Source: Selaginella moellendorffii (lineage: Eukaryota > Plantae > Lycopodiophyta). From it: a stretch of 64,000 bases of DNA. Positions within the stretch are counted from its first letter, which is position 1. Every line of letters starts with the position of its first letter. Shown one piece after another: positions 1-10,635 of this stretch. The position numbers and the translations under genes were made by a program. The stretch spans positions 755,609 through 819,608 of the forward strand of contig NW_003314326.1 of the NCBI RefSeq assembly GCF_000143415.4, written 5' to 3'. The notes under the pieces were generated by a model. It saw nothing but the letters and a program-made list of their open reading frames with translations. It was not told the origin of the DNA and did not search any database.

Positions 1-819
1 AGTGATATGGACCGACAAGCGGGGTAGCTTGGTGAAGTGTTCAAGAGCCGGCTCTAGTTCCCCCGGGAGAGCGAATGGTCGATACTCCCAGTCCAAGTGT
101 GGGTGGCACTACCTACTTGGATACCAAGCGTGGCTCAACGGAACCTCGCTCTAAGCCCATAGCTAGAGCACCCAAAGGAGGAAGGCGGGGAGAGTACCCA
201 TGAGGCCCGCGTAGGGCCACAGTGTTCCGAAATGTGGTCCCAAAGTCCCAAACGGTGAAAAGGAAGAGGAGTCATCCTCTAGTGTAGAGACCAAGGATAT
301 GGTCATGTGAGGAGGAAGTCCCAGAGGACCGTGGGACTTAGTGGTCGGGCTTGTGGGCCTTGACCCAGTGGCAGTGTTGGCGAACACGGCCATGGACGGA
401 AAAGGACTTGGTGAGGATTGGAAAAGGGATATTGGGGAAGGTTAATCCCCACGTCTGTGGGCATCCTAGGGATGCTAAAGAGTGGATCTGGAATTATCAC
501 TCATGGATGGATGGCCCAGTCCTTGAGAGACGGGACTGTGATGCAAGTGGTGTTAGACTACCGGTGTGACCAAAGTGAAGGGGCATGGCCTTAGCGTAAC
601 AGGCCGATATATCGATGGTACCTTGGGGTGTCGGTCATGGGATCGGACACGTGGAGCACTTGGACCAAGTGCAAAGGTTGAGTGGCGTGGATGCCATTCT
701 TGGGGCTAGCAAGCCCCAAGTTCTGAATGGGACTTATGGAGGTTGTGAATGAGACTCCTCCAAGTAGTTGAAGGTGCGGTTAAGTGACTAAAGTAGAATG
801 GAAAAATTAGTCGCTTACA
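1..819 (+). mobile_element. 3' portion of a family B LTR (5' end outside window)
   Basis: Ends ...GGAAAAATTAGTCGCTTACA at 819; colinear with 3021-3926 and 57150-58429 and with the reverse complement of 53177-55200. Confidence 0.9.
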
Positions 820-1638
820 ATATCCTCTAGGGCATGAGAATCTAGTAGTAACCAAAGTGAGCATGCTTCCCCTAGCTCATCGATGAGATCCTAGAATTAG
901 GAATTTCTCCCTTACAGTGAGTTTAACACAGAGTCTCCAAGAGTGAGTACCATGATGATTGGCATAGCATCTCAATCATCCCATCAGCCATCAGTTCTTT
1001 GACCATCTCCCTTTTGGATCAACTGAGGTGCACAAATGGTCTATATGTTGGATGAGAGCCCTCATGTAAGATGATTCAATACTAAACTCCTGTTCTTTTG
1101 CTGGCTTTTTGAGATTGGACTTTCCTAAGGAACACCCCTGAGAACCTTTTGGAAAGAAGACAAACTTTCTCAGGGATATCTTTAGTGCTGATATCATCTA
1201 AAGCCTCTTCAATTAAGCTCAATTGCATGGAATCCCCCCTTATTTCCTCTTCCCCACATAGCAACAATTGGCTCTAGAGAAATTCCCCCACTCACTGGAA
1301 AGCCCTTGAAAAACTTACCACCCTAGTCGACCCATCAATTTCCCTCATTTTGTTGGTAGACAATGTCTTTAGTTTCTTCATTTCCCTCATTAATATCTTC
1401 TGCTACTTGCCCAAGTTTAGAGGTCATGGTTTTACTTTCTTTAGATGGAACTTCTTTTCTTCCACCTAGAGGGGCATAGTCACTACTTTCTTCACGCCTT
1501 CAGGTCCCAACATATGACATTGCTCAATTTCTCAAATAGATTCTTTAATTGAATTTTGCATAAGTACATAGAGTTCTACTTTGCAAAAATTCCTCCACTA
1601 GATCTCGTGCATTCGCTAGGTTTCCCTTTGATTCCCAA
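820..1638 (-). mobile_element. Inverted internal fragment of a family A-like Gypsy element (chromodomain end plus downstream region)
   Basis: About 1495-1638 is the reverse complement of about 15800-15945 (the ..NL.N..DLVEEF chromodomain end). The rest of the segment is decayed sequence assigned by continuity only. Confidence 0.65.
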
Positions 1639-1836
1639 GTCCCAACCCCGTACTAGGGCGTGGTGGGGTGAGGAGTATAGGGACACCTATATTCCATTGT
1701 CATGGGCTCTTGGCTGGGGAGGCTAACTTAGGCACACTGCTAAGTGGGGGGATGCCCCCAGAGACATGGTCAACAAGTTGTAGGATAAAAAGAGACATTT
1801 GAGTGGGCATTGAACTTCTTCTATGGGTGGTGGAGT

Positions 1837-3020
1837 TGTAAGGAACCAACTCCCCGAGGTGTCATAGGCTAAGGGATCCCCGAAAGCATGACCGAAATGA
1901 CAAAGAGTTCATCGGATGGGACCGAGTTTGAGATCGAGTCCAAGACCGACTCTGAAACCGAGTTCGAGATAGAGTCCGGAATCGAGCCCAAGGCCAATTC
2001 GGAGACCGAGTTCGAGACCGAGTTCAAGACCGAGTTCGAGACAGAGTCCGAGATCCGAGATCGGGTTCGAGACCAAGTCCGAGATCGGGTCCGAGACCGA
2101 GTCCGAGGTTGAGTCCGAAGTCGAGTCCAAGATCGGGTCCGAAATTGAGTCCGAGATCGAGTCCGAGATCGAGTCCGAGACCGAGTTCAAAGTCGGGTCC
2201 GAGATCGAGTCCGAGATCAAGTCCGAGACTGAGTCCGAGTACTAATACAGGTCAAGGGGTGAAAGCCCAAAGCGTGCGTCTCCCAGGGGGGGGGCTGCAG
2301 GGGGTTCCAAAAATATAGTAGGGATAAGGAGGTCTAGGAACCAGTCTTGAAGGAACTCTCCAGTGGTGCTTCTAAACTGACTTGAGGTTGAGACTAGGGC
2401 CGAGGGGCCTTGGGTGGGAGTGAGCATGGACTCGGGTGGTGCTAGAGGGGCCACCCAAAGAAGTGCTCAAGAGCAGCTCCCACTCCAGAAAGGGAAATCG
2501 ACTGTGGTGCTCCCGACTCATGTGGAGTGGTGCCCCACTTGAGTACCTTGTGGCTCATTGGTCCTCGCCCTTCCTAGGGGCTTGGACCTTCCCTTCGGGA
2601 TGGAAGTGGGGTACCCATACTGGGCTGTTAGGCCACGGTGTTTCGCCCCGATATCCCGAAGCATGTGTTGCACCCAAGACTTGCGATTTAGAGGGTCCCA
2701 TGATCAAGTCTTGTGGTACCAAGGGGTGTTAGGAACTTGGAGGCTTGGTGTGCTTGGCTGCTTGTGCCTGCGGGGAGTGTAACTGAACCTTAAGTCCAGT
2801 CTAACCCGGGGAGGGGGATTGGGAGAGATTTGGGAATCCGTGGATGGATGGCTAACGCTCCGTTGCTCGTGCAGTGAGTAGCTGAAACCAAGTAGGACCA
2901 AGTAGGAGCTGGTACCATAGGCGGGAACCTTGGCGAGGGAACTTAGCTAAAGCCAAGGCGGTGTTGGTCGGATAGACAAGGTAAGCTGGCAAATTGGAAA
3001 GGAAAAATTGGTGGCTTACA
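1837..3020 (+). mobile_element. Family A 3' LTR with preceding PPT, inserted into a family B LTR
   Basis: TGTAAGGAAC...GGCTTACA termini; purine-rich GGGTGGTGGAGT immediately upstream; 1639-1836 matches the 3' UTR at 16098-16296; sequence after 3020 resumes in the middle of a family B LTR. Confidence 0.9.
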
Positions 3021-3926
3021 GGTTGGACCCCAATAGAACCAGTTTGGCCAGGAAAGGCCAGTGTGACCCAAGAAGGCTATGCCCACGTGTTGGGTGATGA
3101 TATATCTACTGAAGAGTCTAAAGCTAGAGTGAATACAAACAGACAAGCAGGGTAGTTTGATGAAGTGTACAAGAGCCGACTTTAGCTCCTCCAGGAGATC
3201 GAATAGTTGATGCTCCTAATCTAAGTGTAGCACTACTTACTTGGATATATGGTGTGGCTCAATGAAACCTCGTTCTAGCCCCATGGCTAGAGCACTTAAA
3301 GGCAGAAGGTGGGAGAGTACCCATAAGGCTTATTTAGGGCCACGGTGTTTCGAAATGTTATCCCAAAGTCCCGGACTGTGGAAAGGAAGAGAAGTAGTCC
3401 TTTAATGTAGTGACCAAGGATACGATCACATGGTGAGGAAGTTTTAAAGGATAGTGGGACTTAGTGGTTGGGCTTATAGGCTTTGATTTAGTGGCAATGT
3501 TGATGAACACAACCATGGACAAAAAAGGACTTGGTAGGGACTGAAAAAGGGATATTGGGGATGATTATTCCCCATATTTATAGGCATCCTAAGGATGCTA
3601 AGGAGTGGATTGAGGATGATCACTCATGGACAGATGGCCTAGTCTTTGAGAGATGGGACTGTGATGTAGGTGGTGACAAAGGTGAATGGGCATGGCCTTA
3701 GTGTAATGGGCTGATATGTCGGTGGTACTTTTAGATGTCAGTCATAGAATCGAACACATGGAGCACTTGGACCAATTACAAAGGTTGAGTGGCATGGATG
3801 CCATTCTTGGGGCTAGCAAACCCCAAGTTCAGAATAAGACTTATGGAGGTTGTGAATGAGATTCCTCCAAGTGGTCGAAGGTGTGGTTAAATGACTAAAG
3901 TAGAATGAAAAATTTAGTTGCTTATA
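3021..3926 (+). mobile_element. Remainder of an interrupted family B LTR (decayed)
   Basis: Colinear with 57715-58429 and 1-819; ends AATTTAGTTGCTTATA (TTACA mutated). Confidence 0.85.
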
Positions 3927-5110
3927 AAAAGGTAAACTAGTGATAAGCAACAATCCAGATCTTAGAGAGGAGATTTTGTGAAGTGTCACTCAGGTATATT
4001 GGCGGGCCATCTAGAGAACTCTAGCTGCCATCATATCTCACTTTTACTGGAAGGGAATGCAGTGGGAGGTAAAATGTTGGGTGAGGGAGTGTTTGATTTG
4101 CCAGCAAATCAAGACTGAGATGGTTCCTTCTCTAGGGTGCTTGAGCTATTAACAACGGCTTTAGCAACCTTTTGCATTAATATCAATGGGATTGTCTTGG
4201 GCTTGCCTAAGGTGGCTGGTTTGGATGCTATTATGGTAGTAGTAGACCACTTGACAAAGATCAGCCACTTTATTCCTTTGGCAACCACAACAAATGTAAA
4301 GAAGATGGTTGAGCTATTCTAGTTGGGAATTGCCTGGTACTATGGGATCATGAGTCATTTCTGGAGATCCTTGTTCTAGCTACTAGGAACAAAACTTAGT
4401 TACACTACATATCATCCCCAAATAGATGGATAGACCGAAAGGACAAACTAGATAATGAAAACCTTCCTCAAGGGCTACACTCTAGACATTAGGTGAAATA
4501 GAATTCACTTATAATTCTGCACAACACACATCCCTCTCTGTTTCAAGCATTATATGGTTGGCAAGTCTCTCTGCTAGGTATGGTAGTGGATGGCTCACTA
4601 CCTTTGGATGTCAAGGAGCATTTGTGGGGAGTATAGGAAATCTGGCAACTAGCAAAACAAAGGCTGGAATCTGCTCGGGTGTCTATGCAATTCTTCTATG
4701 ATTAGCATCACTCATCCAAACTATTCTTAATTGGGGATTATGTCTATGTAAAGTTCAAACCCAAGAGATATACATTAGGGAGGAGAGCCAAGGGCTGTTT
4801 GAAATTTCAACCTCAATTCTTTGGTCCATTCCAAGTGGTTGAGGCAATTAATGAGTTAGTTTATTGTCTTGAGCTCCAACTGGAACAAGGCTCCATGATG
4901 TTTTCCATGTGCCCAACCTCAAGTACCACTATGAGGAGCTGTCTTTAATTCAAATTTGGAATCAGCTAGTGAATGAGGAGAGATAGGTTCTATTGTGGCC
5001 AAAAAGGGTCATTGAAGTGTAGGAGTGGAGGCTATGTAACTGGACTCTCTGTTGTCACAAGATATGCTGGGAAGGCTTGGATGACAACATGGATACCAAG
5101 TGACAAACAA
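3927..5110 (+). pseudogene. Degenerate Ty3/Gypsy integrase remnant of a different family, possibly with chromodomain
   Basis: Translates to HFYWKGMQWEVKCWVRECLICQQIK (Zn finger), GLPKVAGLDAIMVVVDHLTKISHFIPL, HPQIDG*TERTN and PQFFGPFQVVE; many stops and frameshifts. Confidence 0.85.
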
Positions 5111-6104
5111 AAAACTCCAAGACCTTGGTGGGTAAGTAGCAACTCGAGAGGACTAGAGTTTTCAAGCTGGTTATAAACAAGGACGACACAAGTTTAGAGC
5201 AAGTTGTTATTTTCTCTGTACTCTTTCCTCCTTCTCTCTCCATCCCTCTCATTCCATTCCTGATGCTGATGTGGCCACTGAGATTAGCCTAATGTTAACA
5301 TATACTATATATAAAGACCTCATAAATAAAAGGTTATAAACAAATAATAAAAGGCCCAACATTTATAGATCATATTTGGATAAAAGACATATTGGAAAAA
5401 TCATAACAAACTATATATTATATATTTAAGAAAACCAAGTATTGCTGCACAACAACACAACACACAACAAAGTATTTTAAGCATGTCTTATTCTAAATTA
5501 AGACCAAATATATAAGGATGATTTAAGAAACCATAAAAAGTTAAAAGCCTAGTGGAAAAAGAAAAAGTGTACAAAACAAAACAAAAAAATCTGTGTTGCT
5601 TGGAGTACTAGACATGTAAGATCAAATTTTTTATATTCTAAGAATTTTATTTTGAGGACAAGAAGAATACAATGATAATGGATTCTCATGCTACTATAAA
5701 GGGGATTGTGAGCAGGTCAATAAATGATAGTTAAGTGAAGGTGTTGCAATGCTGACTATTGAATATGTTTGCCTTTATGTAAATATTAGAGCAACAACAA
5801 TAAATGAGTAGGGTGTAAATGAATGCTCAAGAGATATTAGACTAATGCAAAAACAAGTATATATAGCTTGGAGTTAGGCTTGATTATTCCGATGTCATGT
5901 ATAGGAGAACAAGTCCAATTAAAAAGTCTCATCTCTCTCTCTTTTGAAAGTGCACCTTTATGTAAGTATAAGAAAAATGACAATAAATTAGTAGGGTTTA
6001 AATGAATGTCCAATTACAAAGTCTATTACTCTCTCTCTCTCTATGTGCAGTATATTGTAATATATTTCCTAATGCATTATATAGATAAGACTCCAAAAAA
6101 ATTC

Positions 6105-6810
6105 CATCCTATTTCATTCTCTCTCCACCTATGTGGCAATGACATGGCAACACTCACATGGCATTTGTATCTTTCCAATCCCATCTACATTCATTCAACT
6201 ATGGTTTTTCTCATTTTTTAACTAGCACTTGTTTGATTGGCAAATTCCCATTCTTTCTTGTTCTTTTTCTTGGTGGAGATAGTGCAACACTTCAGAAGGT
6301 AATGCATCCATTCAGAAGATAGTTGAAGAAGATTCCTTATTAAACCATTTTCTTGCAACTCTTAATTGTTTCAAACTGGAAGAGGATCGAAAGATTTCTA
6401 AACAATTTTTATAGGGTGTTGGTGAGAATTCTCTTCAAGCATCACATTTTTAAGCAATTCAGAGAGCAATCTTGTTTATATCTATGGGTTTTCTTGGCTT
6501 GCCCATCTTCTAAAGCAGCAAAAGCCAGAGCTGTGTACACCTTGTTGAATCCCAACTCCTCCCTCCAAGCTTGAACCCTGCTTTGTAGCCATGCATAAAC
6601 CTTGAGAAATCTACTCCTTTAGTCTTGATTGAGAAAAATTATCTCAATCTAAGCAGCTACTCTTCATTAAATATGGGCAGAAGCCCACCACAGAGTGTTG
6701 TTTGGAGGACACCCATAAGAAACATAATATGATGAAAGTGGAAAGATACAAATACCATGTAAGTGGTCCCACATCATTGCCACATACGTGGAGAGAGACT
6801 GAAATAGGAA
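6105..6810. mobile_element. Putative non-autonomous long-TIR DNA element (MULE/MITE-like)
   Basis: Imperfect inverted arms of about 75 bp: TCCTATTTCATTCTCTCTCCACCTATGTGGCAATGA...ATTTGTATCTTTCCA (6107-6177) vs TGGAAAGATACAAAT...TCATTGCCACATACGTGGAGAGAGACTGAAATAGGA (6739-6809). No clear TSD. Confidence 0.6.
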
Positions 6811-7128
6811 TACTATTGATTTATATTATTTTATTGAGACTCTTAAATTAGCTCAAGCATCAGAACAAAAGTGTATTCTCTAGAGTGCTAAAAAATATAA
6901 AAATAGGAAAGTAAAGTTATATCTTTCAAAGTAACAATCAAACATATAAAAAAGAGTTTATATTTAACCATACTCTTTTTTTTAAAAAAAAAACTATATA
7001 TTACTATTTACATATAATAAGAAAATATATTCTTATAAATTATAAGAAACATTAATGTTTTCTAGAGAGGCATAAGTGATAAATTTTACTTATAGATTTT
7101 GCTACTTATATTTTGATTAACTCTTTTA

Positions 7129-7554
7129 ATGATGTATTTTACATTTCAGTTAAATATTTTTTATATAACTTTATTTTCATTAACTTTATATTGTTTATCT
7201 ATTGAACTTTTTATTATTAACAGAACAGGCTTTTCTATTGATGGAAGTTGTGAATCAAAACATAAAATAGGTCCAATTACTTTGAAAAATAGACAAAAGT
7301 TTTCATTTTCATTTGAAACAAATTGGTGGCCCTTTCCAAGAACTCAATTTTGGTGCCAATTTATATTTAAAGATGGACTATTTATAGGAAAATCAAGAGA
7401 ATTTTCTGCTTATATTCAACATAGTAATAATGATTATGAGGAAGCTCAAATAATAGAATATTATATATTTGGATATGCAATTTTTGAAACTCATAAACAT
7501 AAAAATAAAGAATGGGCTTTACCTAACAGGGCATATAATCAAAACTTTAGTTGA
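7129..7554 (+). CDS. Secreted S-protein homologue (SPH / plant self-incompatibility S1 family), single exon, 141 aa
   Basis: Hydrophobic N-terminal signal, then I-I-N...S-C-E-S-K..IG...L...QKFSFSF...WW...TQFWCQF...F.AY, matching the SPH pattern; ORF is intact despite very AT-rich context. Confidence 0.7.
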   Translation: MMYFTFQLNIFYITLFSLTLYCLSIELFIINRTGFSIDGSCESKHKIGPITLKNRQKFSFSFETNWWPFPRTQFWCQFIFKDGLFIGKSREFSAYIQHSNNDYEEAQIIEYYIFGYAIFETHKHKNKEWALPNRAYNQNFS

Positions 7555-7949
7555 TATTTTCTAATTATATCAACTTGATATGATAAAAATTATAAATATA
7601 TTTTTATAAAAATATTTTAATTTTAATTACTTTAAAACTTGTAAATTTTTAATATTTAGGAAATAAAAAATATATCTAATATTTTGTAAATTTAGATTAT
7701 AGTACTATAATCATTACTTATATTAAAGTCTTATTATTTATAAATAAAATTTCAAATTTTTTCTATTTAGTTCAGTTACTAATCCTTGAAACATAAATAA
7801 TGCAAAATTTATATCAATTGTTAAACTGAAATATTAATTACCCAATAATAATATAAATGAGTTGGCACCAATGTAAAGTAAAATGGATTCAACATTATAT
7901 TATAATTATTATTATTATTATTTTCAATTATAAAATACTCCCTTTCCTT

Positions 7950-8790
7950 TAGTTTGAAGCTGGGGGTGCTTCCATAAGTTAAGATAGCTTAAGCTCAGTA
8001 GTGAAGCCTAATACAAGGGAAAATTCTAATTGCTCTACAACCAATTCATACCCAATATGAGATCAAAAACTTAATTTTGCAACCACCTGCAATAATTGAA
8101 GCTTGAACTTGAGATCACCCACACACATAGTTAGGTTTACCTCATCCCATGCACACACATTTGTATAGCCATTGCTATAGAAAATGAAAATTAACTTTAG
8201 TGAACAATGCAAATATAAACAAAAATGTGTTGCAATATGCTGAGTAATAGATGATAAATTTGAATCCATATTAACCAACATAAAAAAGGATAATAGAGGA
8301 CATTTATTATAAAAAAAATGAGTTTGGAAAGTGAACAATGAATAAACTAATATTGAGTGAACCTCTTAAAAGAAGGATGGAAAAGTTATTGATATATTTG
8401 TGCAAGAACCTTCCACTATTCACGTAACTCTTTATTTCTTAGAAGAACCTTTGTGTCAAAACTTTCCACTGTAGCAACACCAACATAATATTGTTGATTT
8501 AAGAAATGGAGGATGTCAATCTAGGAAACACCAACAATACTAATATGTGTGACTAATCTTATAATACACCCAATATTAAATATCATGGCCATAACCACAT
8601 CCTTGCCCTTACTTTTAAACACAGACAACAATAACATTGATCTCATTTTTGTTTTATTTCATCCCTCAACTTCTATCTTTGTTTCTATCACTTTTATCTT
8701 TCTACTACTTCCTATTATATTTCTTTCTTACTTATATAAATCCCTCAAACAATCTTTGTGTTGTGATAATTGACTGACTCAAATGACCTT
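7950..8790 (-). pseudogene. Heavily decayed Gypsy gag-protease remnant
   Basis: Minus-strand ...DEVNLTMCVGDLKFKLQLLQVVAKLSF/DLILGMNWL protease end, similar to 58518-58700; Zn-knuckle-like remnant near 8450-8480. Confidence 0.6.
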
Positions 8791-10579
8791 TTGAGACACT
8801 TTGGGTTAAGTGCCTTTGGGTTAAAATATTATTGGGTTGGGTGACCTCTTGGGAAATATAAATTTAAGAACTTACACTAGATATATTAACCTCATATTAT
8901 GATGAAGCCTTGAGAGCATTTGATTTTGCCTAGAGTATGAGAAACCCTAGAAATATATATACTATAGGATATGCTAGTATATATTTGGCAACCTCCCTTC
9001 AACTATTGGAAACCCTAGAAATATACTTCTATATATACTATAGAATATGCTAGTATGCATAGTCTATATTCCATTCATCCCAAATATGTGAACCCAAGAT
9101 CTTTGATATATGCTTCTCAAGGTGCCTTCTCATACTTCAATTAGGGATTGTCAAAATCATATATATAGATGCAAGTCTTGATATGGCAAATTGTAAATTG
9201 TGTATACATGAAGACCAAGGCCAAAACTCTTAAGCATATGCAAAAGAAAGCAAGTAAATGCCCAATCAATCAATTTAACACAGTTTTAAAAAGTAAGAGT
9301 GTTCTTGAACACATGTCTAATGATTGTGTATGGTCTACTCCAATCAACTTCCTTAGATTTCCCTTTTAATCTTAGAAAGTCTTAATCAATCTTTTCACTA
9401 AATCCTATATATGTCAGCAACTCAATCCTTATTCCTTTTTCTTTGGCCCAACTGTAAGGAACAAACTCCCCGAGGTGTTAAAGGCTAAAAGATCCCTGAA
9501 AGCATGACCAAAATGATAAAGAGTTCATAAGATGAAACCGAGTCTGAGATCGAGTTCGAGACCAAGTCGGAGATTGAGTCCAAGATCGACTTCAAGACCA
9601 AATTTGAGACCGAGTCCGAGACCAAGTTCGAGACTAAGTCCAAGATCTGAGAACTAGTTCGAGATCGAGTCCAAGACAGAGTCTGAGGTCAAGTCTGATA
9701 TTGAGTCCGAGATTGTATCTGAGACCGAGTCCAAGGTCGAGTCCAAAATCGAGTCTGAGACCGAGTCCGAGACCAAGTCTGAATACTAATACAAGTCGTA
9801 GGGTGAAAGCCCAAAGCATGTGTCTCCCAGGGGAGGGGGGGGGGGGGGGGCTGCAAAGGGTTCCAAAAGTATAGTAGGGATAGTGAGGTTTAGGAACCAG
9901 TCTTGAAGGAACTCTCCAATAGTGCTTCCAAACTTACTTGAGGTTGAGACTAGGGTTGAGGGGCCTTGGGTGGGAGTGAGCATAGATTCAGATGGTGCCA
10001 GAGGGGCCACCCAAGGAAGTGCTCAAGAGCATCTCCCACTCCCAGAAGGGAAATCGACTGTGGTGCTCCCGACTTATGTGGAGTGGTGGCCCACTTGAGT
10101 ACTTTGCAACTCATTGGTCCTCGCCCTTCCTAGGGGCTTGGGCCTATCTTTCAAGATGGAAGTGGGGGAGTAGGGGTACTTATACCGAGCCATTATGCCA
10201 TGGTGTTTCCCCCCAGTGTCCCGAAGCAAGTGTTGCACCCAAGGTTTAGGATTTCAAGGGTTCTATGATCAAGTCTTGTTGTACCAAGGGATGTTAGGAA
10301 TCTAGAGGCTTGGTGTGCTTGCCTACGGGGAGTGTAACTGAACTTTAAAGCTAGTTTAACCCGGGGAAGGGGATTGGAAGAGAATTTGGGAATTCGTGGA
10401 TGGATGGATAACACTTCATTGCTTATGTAGTGAGTTGTTGAGACTAAGTAGGACCAAGTAAGAGTTGGTACAATAGATGGAAACCTTGGCAAGGGAATTT
10501 AATTAAGGCTAAGGCTGTAGTGGTTGAATAGACAAGGTACGCTAGCAAATTAGAAAGGAAAAATTTATGGCTAACAATT

Positions 10580-10591
10580 TGGTATTGGAGT
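10580..10591 (+). promoter_or_regulatory. Primer-binding site (degenerate tRNA-iMet type)
   Basis: TGGTATTGGAG 3 nt after the 5' LTR end, resembling TGGTATCAGAG. Confidence 0.7.
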
Positions 10592-10635
10592 TTTTTCCTC
10601 AGTTCTAGCGAAGGATAGAGGTAGATTGCTGGGAG

